Shown here piece after piece: positions 1 through 10,045 of a stretch of 29,390 nt of DNA; the stretch's first letter is position 1; each line of letters begins with the position of its first letter. Source of the DNA: an uncultured virus (IMG/VR IMGVR_UViG_3300030330_002454) (Duplodnaviria; Heunggongvirae; Uroviricota; Caudoviricetes); the IMG/VR virus record IMGVR_UViG_3300030330_002454. One strand, given 5' to 3'. The position numbers were made by a program, and so were the translations under genes. Under the pieces are notes generated by a model. That model had not been told where the DNA came from. It did not search any database and saw only the letters and a program-made list of their open reading frames with translations.

Positions 1-2
1 TA

Positions 3-119
3 TCAATACAAGCAGACTCAGATATAATGGGTAACACTTTTATATATGCAACAACAGTAATAGAATGGGATTATAGCACTTTGTTAGGAGCAAGTGCAAA
101 ATATGATTCAGTACCTTAA
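3..119 (+). CDS. 3' end of an upstream gene, truncated by the window (…SIQADSDIMGNTFIYATTVIEWDYSTLLGASAKYDSVP*); probably a virion/tail protein
   Basis: Frame 3 is open from the window edge to TAA at 117-119, 11 nt before the next ATG. Read manually; product inferred from context only. Confidence 0.55.
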   Translation, partial: SIQADSDIMGNTFIYATTVIEWDYSTLLGASAKYDSVP

Positions 120-130
120 AATAATATAAC

Positions 131-1045
131 ATGGCACTAAACGGAAAATATATATCACTAAAAGCAATCATGGAGCAAGTATATGCTGATAACGGTTATC
201 AGTTTGAGCTACCATGGATAGACTGTATGCAATGGGCAGAAGAAGCTCTTAATTTAATAGGGCACCCAAGGCAATATATAAGAAAAGTGACAGGACATAA
301 AGATAATCCTGATTTAGACATAAAAGATTATAGAGCTCACTTGCCCTGTGACTTTTATCAATTAGAGCAAGTTGCTGTTAATGGTATGGCAGCTGAATAC
401 TCAGGTGATACGTTTCATCATTTGCTTGCAGGAGATTGCTGCGGTATAACTGATGACTCTACATCTTCTTTATACTATAGCAATGATCACACTATAACTC
501 GCAACTGGGGTACAAATGTTCTAACTTTTGATGAAGAGACACAATCTTATTCTTACCAAGCAAGAGACTTGATGGATATGGAAAATTTAAATTTACAGTC
601 AGATGGTACTCAAGAATTTTTATTAAGTGATGGTATGCAAGAAGGTAGACGTATAACATTTGATTTAAATAATAATCATATAACACTATCTGTAAAAGAA
701 GGAAAAGTTTGTATTGCATATTTAGCAATACCTACAGATGATGAAGGTTTACCTCTTATACCAGATGATACAAGCTATCAGTTAGCTATAAAAAAATATC
801 TTACAATGAAGATAGATTATATAGCTTGGAGAAAAGGAGAACTTCGCTCTGATATATTCCAACACTCAGAACAAGAATGGCAATGGTATGTAGGACAAGC
901 TGGTAATAAAGCTAAAATGCCTAATATAGATCAAATGGAAGGTATTAAAAATCAAGTAATGAGATTACTTCCTAATATAAATGCACACGAAACGTTTTTT
1001 ACTTCACAGTTAGCTCCAGAAATAAGAAAAAACTTTAATAGATAA
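131..1045 (+). CDS. crAss-like tail ring / tail tubular (gatekeeper-type) protein
   Basis: 304 aa with N-terminal 'YISLKAIMEQVY..W..EAL..IG', 'LPCDF', 'V.IAYLAIPTDDEGLPLIPD' and C-terminal 'WQWYVGQA' pattern, as I recall for crAss-like ring proteins. Lies directly upstream of the muzzle-like gene. Confidence 0.75.
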   Translation: MALNGKYISLKAIMEQVYADNGYQFELPWIDCMQWAEEALNLIGHPRQYIRKVTGHKDNPDLDIKDYRAHLPCDFYQLEQVAVNGMAAEYSGDTFHHLLAGDCCGITDDSTSSLYYSNDHTITRNWGTNVLTFDEETQSYSYQARDLMDMENLNLQSDGTQEFLLSDGMQEGRRITFDLNNNHITLSVKEGKVCIAYLAIPTDDEGLPLIPDDTSYQLAIKKYLTMKIDYIAWRKGELRSDIFQHSEQEWQWYVGQAGNKAKMPNIDQMEGIKNQVMRLLPNINAHETFFTSQLAPEIRKNFNR

Positions 1046-4000
1046 TGAGAGATCAGAGTGTAAATAGTTTTAGTAAAGGACTAGCTAAAGATGTTAGTCC
1101 AACAGTTCCTCAAGAAGGGTTATATACAGATGCAAAAAATATAAGAATTGTGTCAGACGGAGATAGCGGTGCGTCAGCTATTATTTCTAGTGTAGATGGT
1201 AATAGAAAAAGAGTACAATTATTTTATAGTCAAACGTACACAACTTATTCTCCTAGTGGAGAAATTTATGAAGAATTTTTTAATAATGAACAAATTGCTG
1301 AACCAGTTACTGTTATAGGTTATACATACTTTAACTCCCCAAAATCACAAATTGCAGTTACTTTTGGAGTATCTACTAAAGAAACTACTATAGCAGGTGC
1401 GTCACAAAAATACGATACTAGTGTAATACATATTGTTAACTTAAAAACTTTTGAAGTATCTCTTTTACTTGAAAATGAAGATTTTAATTTTAAAAGAAAT
1501 AAACCTATAGAAGCTGTTTGTAGGTACGAAAATGAAAATATACAAAGAGTTTATTGGACAGATAATTTAAATCCTGTAAGAGTTATAAATATTGCAGCAG
1601 AGTATTTTCCTGACGATGTAAATTTTTATAGTTTAACTCGTGATGTGTCTTTTACTAAATTAGATATTAATAATGTTACAATTGGAGGTGAGCTAGAAGC
1701 AGGTGTTTATCAATATTGTTATAGATTAAAAAGTTTGGAGGGTACTGTAACAAGATTTTCTCAACCATCTAATTTTGTACATGTAGTAAGTGGAAATAGA
1801 TACTGGAATTATGAGGAAGATCCTGAAAACCAATCAGAATATAACGGAAGAAATGTAGGAGAACCTACAAACAAAAAAGTTGAAATAACTTTTAATTCTG
1901 TTGATAATATTCTTATTGGAGAGACTGAGTCAGAAAAGTATGATTTAATAGAACTAGTAGCTATATATAGAACAGCTTCAACAGGATATACTACTATAGC
2001 TATAATAGATGAACAATCTATTACTGGAACAGGAATAGTAAACATGGTTCACACTACAAATCAAAATAATATTCCCATAAGTATTGAAGAATTAACTTCT
2101 TTTAATCAAGTTTTTAATACTGCTAAAACTATAGCAGAAAAAGATAATAGATTATTTGTAGGAAATATTCAGGCGGATGCAGTAGCTCTAGAGTTTGATG
2201 CTAGGTCTTACAGGTACTTAAGAACAGATGGTGTAAAATATCCTTATAAACCAGTAATGACGGTTGGGGGTATGGGGCAAGCTACATTAACATATGACTC
2301 ATATAATAATCCATATAATGAACCTACTAACTGGTTTGACGATCCTATGCAAATGTATAAATATCAAGAAGACGGTATTACATTGGGGGGTACAGGCCAA
2401 TACGTTGATTTTAGATTTGTGAAAAAACGTTTATCAGGTAATACAGCATCATCTTTAAGAGAAGAGCCACCGTATGTTAGTGGAAGTTTGAGTAATACAA
2501 TGGGAGACTATAAAAATCCTATAATAGCAGAAAAATTTAAAGGATACCAAAGAGATGAAACTTATAGATTTGGTATAGTATTATATGATAAAGCTGGTAA
2601 TCCTGGATTTGTAAATTGGATTGCAGATATTAGGTTTCCTTCATACGAAGATGTAGATCCAGTTGGTGGGCCAATAGATTATGATTCTGAAGGTGAATTT
2701 ATATTAGGTACATATAATTATGTTTTAGCTACAACTAATCTTGAAGAAACTACTCAAGCACAAGTAGACGAATTCAATACCGATCCTGATAATGTAGCTG
2801 CTTATGCAACCTCTACTGGTCTTGGAAGAGGAGGAGCTCAGTATAGACAAGATTATACTAACCCTGGCCATATAGATATGACTCAAGATCTGGATATAAA
2901 TGAAGCAGGAAATCCTGGAATGGTGGCTACAGTGTTAGGTGGTGAACAAACACAAATGGCATATGATCTTGGTATACCTGGAATTGGACAAGGATACTTA
3001 TATGCCTTAGGTATTGAATTTAGACTAAAAGATTTACCTGAAGATATAAAAGACAAAGTAGGAGGTTATAGTTTTGTGCGTATGAAACGTACTCAAAAAG
3101 ATAAATCTGTAGTAGCTGTAGGAGCTCTTGCAGGATATTTTCATTATTGGGATAGATCAACAGCTGTAGATGACGGAAACGCATCTTGGTTTTTATCTTT
3201 TATTAAGAATTTATCTTATACAATGTATTGGCATAACGATCTTAATCATGAAGATTTAGGTATTCCTGAGCATAATAACATTAGTTTTAATTCTCCTGAA
3301 TTTGATTTTTATGAAAACTATTTAGATGTTGATGAATTAATAGCGCTTGGGTCTCAAGTTCAAGATACAAACTATGGTAGCACGTATTCTAGTAAAGTTA
3401 TAGGTGCTATGTGGTGTGATTGGAATAATGACATTCAAGGTTTAAGTAATAGAGTTTATGGATACGTTTATAATACTCACATACTAACTCCTAGATTTTA
3501 TGAAAAACACGAAGGTGATCAGGGTGTATCTCCTATAGCTATTGCTAAACCTCATTATGCAGGAGAAAGTATAGGAGGACCATCAATAGATACAGTTACA
3601 TTTCCAACGGCTGCCGCGGAGCAAGGTAATTCTTATGACACAGAAGTTGGAACTTTTTTAGGTATTTGGAATATTGTTTGTGGGTCTGATATTAGTGGTG
3701 CTTCTGACCTGAATATAACTAGAGAAAAAGTTGGAGTAGGTGAAAATTCTCAGTATTTCTATTTAAGAAATAGAATAAATTGGAATGATTTTCTTGAAGA
3801 AAGGAGTGAAGTTTATGGATCTGATAAAGATTACCAAGGAAATGAATTTGATAAAGTATTACTTGCAATAAAAAAGAATAGAGCATACCTAACTAGATAT
3901 GGAGGAACTGATGAATCTGCTATAGCCTCTAGTGTATATATAGGAACAGGACATATTAAAGCAATTGACTCTGATTTTGGAAATTTGCCACCCCAGTATG

Positions 4001-5415
4001 TAGAGTATGAGCAAGTTTGGGGAGGAGATACTTACGTAACTATGTATGACTTAACCAAAACTAGACTAGCATCTACTAGTCAGGGCGATTCTGCTTATCC
4101 TGCAGAAGAAATAGATGATACAGGAGGAATTAATATGGCTTTTCCAGTAGAAACTACATTAAATATTACTCTAAGAGAAGGGTATCATTTTGCTAATAAA
4201 AAAGATTTTAGTGACGATTCACCTACACCTCTTAATCAGTATATATTAAATCCTGTTTTTAATTCTGAAAACGATTTATTTACTTATCAAGCAAAACCAA
4301 TAGATTATACTGTTGCAAATCATCTTCCTAATAGAGTTTATTTTTCAGATATAAAAATTAATAACTCTTCAGCTGACGGGTGGAGATCTTATAGACCCTC
4401 TAACTATGGAGACATCGATGGTAATTACGGAGAAATAAATAAACTAATTGTTTATAATGATGTAATGTATTATTTGCAAGATGCTGCATTTGGAGCACTT
4501 AATATAAATCCTGTATCTACAGTAAAAGATTCATCTGGTAACAATATAGTACTAGGCGTAGGTAAAAAAGTTATACAAGAACATAAAAATATATCTACAT
4601 ATACAGGGGCTTCAGAAAATGCGCATGTTATTTCTACACAAACAGGAATATATTGGTTTGATCTAAATACAAAAAAAGCTTTTAATTTTAATCCAAGTCC
4701 TAAGCAAGGATTAAATCCTATATCAGATACAAAACTTATGAAGTCTTATTTTGAAAATAGACCCTCATTAAACTCAGAAAATCCAGGCGTAACTTTAGCA
4801 TATGATTATGTAAATAATGAAGTATTGTATTCTTTTTATAACATTATTGGTGATGCTGGAGAAGCTGATGAAACTGTTGTTTATAATGAAATGTTAAAAA
4901 CATTTACTTCTGTATATACTTTTTCTAGTAGAGTTTTTATGTGTTTACCTAACAGGCTTTTATCTATAAACAGTTTTAGTAGTGAGGAAGAGGTAGGTAC
5001 TATATTTGAACATAATGTAGGAAATTTATGTAAATGGTATGGTGAAGTTAGTAATCCTGAAATAGAATTTATAGTAAATAAACACCCATTATACACAAAA
5101 GTATTTGATAACTTAGAATGGTACGTCGAAGGAGGAGTTGATAAAGTAATAAAAATGCATGTAAATACAAGCAACTCAGAAAATGTAGTTAACTTAGATC
5201 CAAGCCTTGACGAAACCGATCTATTATTAACACCTGGTGTAGAATATTTTCCTTATAAAAAAGTAAAAGAAAACATGACTAAGGTACCTGTGCCAAGATC
5301 TCAATCTGGTTATAGACTTAGAGATACATATATGAAAGTAAAATTAGTTGCAAATAATGTAACTAAGTTTACACTACACTACGTAAAAACCTTATTTAGA
5401 ATTTCTAGAAGATAA
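1045..5415 (+). CDS. Tail stabilisation / muzzle protein (P22 gp10-like, crAss-like)
   Basis: 1456 aa, beta-rich. Motifs 'NSFSKGL.KD', 'DAKNIRI', 'VYWTDNLNPVRVINI', 'KDNRLFVGN', 'GYQRDETYRFGIVLYD', 'GGDTY', 'YGEINKL', 'KVFDNLE' and C-terminal 'RLRDTYMKVKL...HYVKTLFRIS'. TAATG overlap with the ring gene. Confidence 0.8.
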   Translation: MRDQSVNSFSKGLAKDVSPTVPQEGLYTDAKNIRIVSDGDSGASAIISSVDGNRKRVQLFYSQTYTTYSPSGEIYEEFFNNEQIAEPVTVIGYTYFNSPKSQIAVTFGVSTKETTIAGASQKYDTSVIHIVNLKTFEVSLLLENEDFNFKRNKPIEAVCRYENENIQRVYWTDNLNPVRVINIAAEYFPDDVNFYSLTRDVSFTKLDINNVTIGGELEAGVYQYCYRLKSLEGTVTRFSQPSNFVHVVSGNRYWNYEEDPENQSEYNGRNVGEPTNKKVEITFNSVDNILIGETESEKYDLIELVAIYRTASTGYTTIAIIDEQSITGTGIVNMVHTTNQNNIPISIEELTSFNQVFNTAKTIAEKDNRLFVGNIQADAVALEFDARSYRYLRTDGVKYPYKPVMTVGGMGQATLTYDSYNNPYNEPTNWFDDPMQMYKYQEDGITLGGTGQYVDFRFVKKRLSGNTASSLREEPPYVSGSLSNTMGDYKNPIIAEKFKGYQRDETYRFGIVLYDKAGNPGFVNWIADIRFPSYEDVDPVGGPIDYDSEGEFILGTYNYVLATTNLEETTQAQVDEFNTDPDNVAAYATSTGLGRGGAQYRQDYTNPGHIDMTQDLDINEAGNPGMVATVLGGEQTQMAYDLGIPGIGQGYLYALGIEFRLKDLPEDIKDKVGGYSFVRMKRTQKDKSVVAVGALAGYFHYWDRSTAVDDGNASWFLSFIKNLSYTMYWHNDLNHEDLGIPEHNNISFNSPEFDFYENYLDVDELIALGSQVQDTNYGSTYSSKVIGAMWCDWNNDIQGLSNRVYGYVYNTHILTPRFYEKHEGDQGVSPIAIAKPHYAGESIGGPSIDTVTFPTAAAEQGNSYDTEVGTFLGIWNIVCGSDISGASDLNITREKVGVGENSQYFYLRNRINWNDFLEERSEVYGSDKDYQGNEFDKVLLAIKKNRAYLTRYGGTDESAIASSVYIGTGHIKAIDSDFGNLPPQYVEYEQVWGGDTYVTMYDLTKTRLASTSQGDSAYPAEEIDDTGGINMAFPVETTLNITLREGYHFANKKDFSDDSPTPLNQYILNPVFNSENDLFTYQAKPIDYTVANHLPNRVYFSDIKINNSSADGWRSYRPSNYGDIDGNYGEINKLIVYNDVMYYLQDAAFGALNINPVSTVKDSSGNNIVLGVGKKVIQEHKNISTYTGASENAHVISTQTGIYWFDLNTKKAFNFNPSPKQGLNPISDTKLMKSYFENRPSLNSENPGVTLAYDYVNNEVLYSFYNIIGDAGEADETVVYNEMLKTFTSVYTFSSRVFMCLPNRLLSINSFSSEEEVGTIFEHNVGNLCKWYGEVSNPEIEFIVNKHPLYTKVFDNLEWYVEGGVDKVIKMHVNTSNSENVVNLDPSLDETDLLLTPGVEYFPYKKVKENMTKVPVPRSQSGYRLRDTYMKVKLVANNVTKFTLHYVKTLFRISRR

Positions 5416-5425
5416 TAAAATAGAA

Positions 5426-5433
5426 TATATTTG
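5426..5433 (+). promoter_or_regulatory. Candidate Bacteroidota sigma-A -7 promoter element (TAnnTTTG)
   Basis: TATATTTG in the short gap between the muzzle stop (5415) and ATG 5440. No clear -33 TTTG element upstream. Confidence 0.4.
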
Positions 5434-5439
5434 CTAATT

Positions 5440-7695
5440 ATGAAAAAAATAAATAAATACGACAACGGAGGAGATCCACCTGTAAAACAACCAGACTATT
5501 TACAGTACAAAGGGCCAAACTATTTTATGGAAGGTAATCCTATATATGATTTAGAAACTTACCAAAAAGCAATTACTAGAGATAGTACTGCATTAGCAGA
5601 TGCATTCTTTCCTAGCTGGATGTTTGAAGAAATGAAACGTCTACAGCTAAATAGACAGTTAAGAAATAAAAAGAAACCTTATACTGAAGCTGAGATCAGA
5701 GATCTTAACCTAATTGGAAAACAATACACTGGTCCTGCAGTAGACATGGATATGTTTATGCAACAGTATATGGAAAGAGGTATAGATGATAAAGCTTATG
5801 GTGGTAAAGCTATTCCTAAAGCGGGCTTTGGAAATATGTTTAAAACACTAGGCCAACAAATAAAAACTGGACTTGCAGGTGCTGTGCAAGGCGCTACAGG
5901 AGGAATACTTCCTGCAACTAGATTACTACGACCTGAACTTAGACAAGAATACGCTGATGAAATGAAAATGGGTAGTCTTTTTGGAGGAGCTCTTGGTATG
6001 CTTGGGGGCGCAGGTCTTTTTAAAGGTGCATCTTTAGCTGGTATTGGTGGAGGCGCATCACCATCATTATTACAATCAGGTCAAAACATACTTGGCGGTG
6101 GGGCTCTTTCTAGTTCAGGTTTAAATTTCGCTCCAAACACTTTTAATGCTATTTATGGTAGCGGAATAAATCCTGCAATGATGAACCCTAGTTTGGCAGG
6201 GCAAGCTTCGGCAGGTTTTGGATTTAATAATCTATTTAATATGGGTAGTAACTTTGGTATAGGAAATAACCCTGGCCTAGGAGCAGCAAATGACATACTT
6301 AGTTTTTATCAGCAGGGCCAAGAAGGGATGCAAAATATGGCTATGGGCGGTAGAGCAGGTAAGATGCCTACATTTGAAGAATTTTATTATAGTCAGCCAG
6401 GTTTCTCAGGTATGGAAACTCTTGGAGAATTTTTTAATCGATTAGCTATTGAATCTGCAGAAAAGAAAAAGAAAAAATTTGGTATGGATGATGTTTTTAT
6501 GTATAACCAAGGAGGTAAAGCTACAAACATGAAGCAAGATATGGGGCAAGATATTAATGTAGAAAGCGGTGAGCTTTTAATGAGTAATATAGGAGGAAGA
6601 TTCCAAAGTATGAATCCTAAAGCGCCTATCAAAGAAGTTATGCCTGGTGTATCTATGGTACAAGGAAATCAAAGTAATGATAATGTACCTATTAAAATAC
6701 CTGATGGAGAAACAAAAGTATTTTCTAAAAGATTAGGGTACGCAGATAAAGGATTAGAACTTGTACAAAAATATAAAGATCTAGAAGCTACTCCAGACTC
6801 TGATGATTTTATAGGACAACAGACTAAAAAGTTTGAGTTAAGTAAAATAAGAAAACAATTAGAAGAGTTATTCCAAGAGCAGGAAAGGGCTAAGTCTAAA
6901 CAAATAGCAAAAAGAACTAAAAATGTTTCTGGTACAGATATACCTCAAGCAGGATTAGGATTAGGGGTATTTCTTAAAACTGTAGCATTACCTGCAGCTA
7001 AAAAGTTTTTAGCAAAAGAAGGAGTAAAACAAGCAGGAAATTTCTTAATGCAAAATGCAGGTAATTTGTATAATCTAGGCGTAGGAGCGTTTGGTAAAGA
7101 TCCACAAACTTTTAATATAGATGATTATGTGCCAGACTACAACCCTGACCCTAAACTAACAAAAATTAATACTAAGAATATATTAGGCCCAATGTATGAC
7201 GAGTTAGCTTCTTCTAGGTATGCTATAAATCGAAGTGGGGGAACACCAGAAGAAATAATACAAGGAAACATGTTGTTAAATGCTAAAGGATTAAACAAAA
7301 TTGGTGCTGCAGAAAGTAAAGCAGAAGCACTACAAAGAAATTTAGATTTAGGTGTATACGATACAGGGTTTAAAGCAGCTGTAAATAAAGGTTTACAAGG
7401 CTTAAATTTAGCAGGTATAAATGAACAACGTTTAGGACAAAGAAATGAATTCTTTAAAGAAGGTATACAAGGATTACAAAATTACTTTACAGGTAGACGA
7501 AATGAAGACTTTATAGGTGATATATATAATCAACGTTACGGAAATCTTCCTGGTTCACAACTTGGTACAGGGAACACTAATTTTGATATGCAATATGGAT
7601 TTGGTCAATATAATCCAAATATGCCTGCACCATCTTTTAACCCTTCTAGTTTTACAGGAGATAATTTATTTAGTGGTTTTACTTTAGGTAATTAA
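5440..7695 (+). CDS. Putative internal virion cargo / ejection protein (crAss cargo-protein-1-like)
   Basis: ATG at 5440 preferred over the track's TTG at 5431. Gly/Asn/Met/Gln-rich, no Cys, glycine-rich hydrophobic stretch, repeated xxxGG motifs, 'INVESGE...VFSKRL' segment and a coiled coil. Position after the muzzle gene fits crAss-like synteny. Confidence 0.65.
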   Translation: MKKINKYDNGGDPPVKQPDYLQYKGPNYFMEGNPIYDLETYQKAITRDSTALADAFFPSWMFEEMKRLQLNRQLRNKKKPYTEAEIRDLNLIGKQYTGPAVDMDMFMQQYMERGIDDKAYGGKAIPKAGFGNMFKTLGQQIKTGLAGAVQGATGGILPATRLLRPELRQEYADEMKMGSLFGGALGMLGGAGLFKGASLAGIGGGASPSLLQSGQNILGGGALSSSGLNFAPNTFNAIYGSGINPAMMNPSLAGQASAGFGFNNLFNMGSNFGIGNNPGLGAANDILSFYQQGQEGMQNMAMGGRAGKMPTFEEFYYSQPGFSGMETLGEFFNRLAIESAEKKKKKFGMDDVFMYNQGGKATNMKQDMGQDINVESGELLMSNIGGRFQSMNPKAPIKEVMPGVSMVQGNQSNDNVPIKIPDGETKVFSKRLGYADKGLELVQKYKDLEATPDSDDFIGQQTKKFELSKIRKQLEELFQEQERAKSKQIAKRTKNVSGTDIPQAGLGLGVFLKTVALPAAKKFLAKEGVKQAGNFLMQNAGNLYNLGVGAFGKDPQTFNIDDYVPDYNPDPKLTKINTKNILGPMYDELASSRYAINRSGGTPEEIIQGNMLLNAKGLNKIGAAESKAEALQRNLDLGVYDTGFKAAVNKGLQGLNLAGINEQRLGQRNEFFKEGIQGLQNYFTGRRNEDFIGDIYNQRYGNLPGSQLGTGNTNFDMQYGFGQYNPNMPAPSFNPSSFTGDNLFSGFTLGN

Positions 7696-7702
7696 TAAAA
7701 TT

Positions 7703-10045
7703 ATGACTATAAAAAAATATCAAGTAGGCGGAACAGCTTTATTATCAGGTCCTATACAGGCTAGAGAGTATGTTCCTTTACCGTATGCTCAAGCATTTGA
7801 AATGCAACGTTTAAACGAAGCAGATAGAGCTACAAAAGAACAAGGCATACTTAACATGTATAAAGGCTTTTATGATACAGCTATGCAAGCACCTCCTAAT
7901 ATGCAAGATGAAGCGCTAGCAGAAATAAGACCTTATCTAGATAGAATAGAACAAGGATTAGCAGAAGCAGGAGGAGACCCTCTTAGGTATCGTGGAGGTA
8001 TGGATGTGATGAAATCATTCTACACTGACATGGCTACTGGTAGACTAGGCTCTCTGCAACAAGCTGGTTCTCAGTATGCTGCAACTAAAAAAGATTATGA
8101 CAAGCTAAATGAGCTTCACATGAGAGGTAAAGGTGGTGTGCCTGAGTCTATATCTAACTTAGCACTACAAATAGGGTTACAAAATGCGGAAAACTCTTAT
8201 GACGCAGGGGGACGTGCAGTTTTTAGTCCCCCAAATCTTGTAGAACATGTTAATGTATTAGATGAACTAGGTTCATGGTTATCTCAGAAAGAAGCTGATG
8301 GTTTTACAGATTCTCAAGGAAACAAAATAGAACAAATAACTGCTGAGACTTTACTTCCTATAGCCAAAAACTACATGATGATGGACGATAGAACAAGAGG
8401 TTCTATAATGCAAGAGATAGATTTAAACATGGCAGCAGGAAACTATCCTATGGATAATGTAAACATGGATGAAATCTTGAAAGATAAAACATATGCTAAG
8501 TTGTATAATGATGCAATAACAGCTATGCCTTTAGGTTTGCCTGAAGATCAAGCTCAAGCCCTTGCTTCTCAACAAGTTTATAGAGCTAAGTTAATAGATG
8601 ACAGAATGAATAATTTTGCAGTAGCAGGAATACAACCTTTCTTACAAACTGATGTTACTCAAAAACAAAACGAAACTGACATAAGTAAGCAAGTACCATA
8701 TACAGTTTCTGATAGTCCTGTAATACCTATTGATAGAAGCACCGCTATGACAATAGGAGCTGAAATAATGGATATGGATGCTCAACTCAAAAACTTACAA
8801 GCACAAATAAATGCAGGAGGACCTCAGACAGAACAAGTTTTGAAACAACGGGAAGAATTATTAAATAGAAGACAGTCTGCATTATTACTAGCCGCTAATA
8901 AAAGTGAAGCGATGATTAATGATAAAGCTATGAAATCTCCACTCTGGAGAGACGAGGTATTTACTATAAAGTTAAAAGGTTATTATGATGATGTTAAAGA
9001 TGCATCTGATATAAACTTAAGATTAATGGAAGGCGTGTCTTTAAATGACTTTACAAATAAAGCTAAAATATTATCTGCTATTCCTGGATTAACAAGTATT
9101 GGTTTACTTCCTGGTAGTCCTGCAGGAATAATGCAGTTACAAGGTTTAACAGTTGGAAACTATCCTTTACTTGGAGAATATTTTGAAGAAGGTGAGTCTA
9201 TAATGCCTTATTTACAGGCAGCACAATGGATACAAAGAAAAGCTAAACGTGCAGATGTTCTAAATACTTATGAAAAATCTTTAAGAGTACCTCTTGGACA
9301 AGAAGACTCTTACCTAGAAAACTTGACACAAAACTTAACTCAAATGGTGCACAACGGAAATTTAGCTTTCGCTGATTTCTATGCAAACGAAGATGTAACA
9401 GCTGAAGTAAAAAACTTTAAACGTCCTATAGAGTCTATAAAACTACAGCCTACTTTATCTATGATTGACGGGTCGCCTGCATATAAGTTAGATTTCTATG
9501 ACTATAATAAAGTAAAAGGAAGTAAAGATGTTGAAATAAGTGGTGTAGAAAAAACTGAGTATGTTAGAGGAACTAACCAAAGAGACGAGTTAATTAGATA
9601 TGAAGATTTAGGAGTACAATTAATAAACTTATCACAATCAGACCCGAATACACAAGCATCACAAGCTTACCTTAAAGATGGTATACAAGTAGTTGCTAAC
9701 GCTAGAATTCTTAGTCCTATACAAATGACTGGAATTGAGACTGCAGATTTATTAAGAGGTAGTGAAGATGCTCAGGGTAATCCTTATGTAGAAATAAATG
9801 TTCCTGGATTTAATTTTAAAGTACGTCGTACAGATTATCCTGGAAATGTATCTATATTTGATCTTAGAAATAATGAAAATAAGCTTATACCATATTTCCC
9901 TAATGGAGAAGATCAACCTGCGCAACCTATAAGAAGCGGTAGCCTTGAAGATATAGCATACCAATATTTTATGTTCTCACAAGAACCAATAGATAACTCT
10001 GGAACTTTAGGACGTCAAATTATACAACAATACATTAATAGATAA
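7703..10045 (+). CDS. Putative internal virion cargo / ejection protein
   Basis: 780 aa, predicted mostly helical, Cys-free. N-terminal 'KKYQVGG...YVPLPY' pattern. Located between the first cargo gene and the giant-protein cluster. Confidence 0.6.
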   Translation: MTIKKYQVGGTALLSGPIQAREYVPLPYAQAFEMQRLNEADRATKEQGILNMYKGFYDTAMQAPPNMQDEALAEIRPYLDRIEQGLAEAGGDPLRYRGGMDVMKSFYTDMATGRLGSLQQAGSQYAATKKDYDKLNELHMRGKGGVPESISNLALQIGLQNAENSYDAGGRAVFSPPNLVEHVNVLDELGSWLSQKEADGFTDSQGNKIEQITAETLLPIAKNYMMMDDRTRGSIMQEIDLNMAAGNYPMDNVNMDEILKDKTYAKLYNDAITAMPLGLPEDQAQALASQQVYRAKLIDDRMNNFAVAGIQPFLQTDVTQKQNETDISKQVPYTVSDSPVIPIDRSTAMTIGAEIMDMDAQLKNLQAQINAGGPQTEQVLKQREELLNRRQSALLLAANKSEAMINDKAMKSPLWRDEVFTIKLKGYYDDVKDASDINLRLMEGVSLNDFTNKAKILSAIPGLTSIGLLPGSPAGIMQLQGLTVGNYPLLGEYFEEGESIMPYLQAAQWIQRKAKRADVLNTYEKSLRVPLGQEDSYLENLTQNLTQMVHNGNLAFADFYANEDVTAEVKNFKRPIESIKLQPTLSMIDGSPAYKLDFYDYNKVKGSKDVEISGVEKTEYVRGTNQRDELIRYEDLGVQLINLSQSDPNTQASQAYLKDGIQVVANARILSPIQMTGIETADLLRGSEDAQGNPYVEINVPGFNFKVRRTDYPGNVSIFDLRNNENKLIPYFPNGEDQPAQPIRSGSLEDIAYQYFMFSQEPIDNSGTLGRQIIQQYINR

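Noticed and set aside
5431..5439. TTG start given by the ORF track for the 754-aa protein
   Set aside because: The in-frame ATG at 5440 (MKKINKY) is more plausible, and the TTG is part of the TATATTTG element.
1045..10045. The two TTAATAGATAATG junctions lie exactly 9000 nt apart
   Set aside because: No surrounding sequence duplication or plausible mechanism; treated as coincidence.
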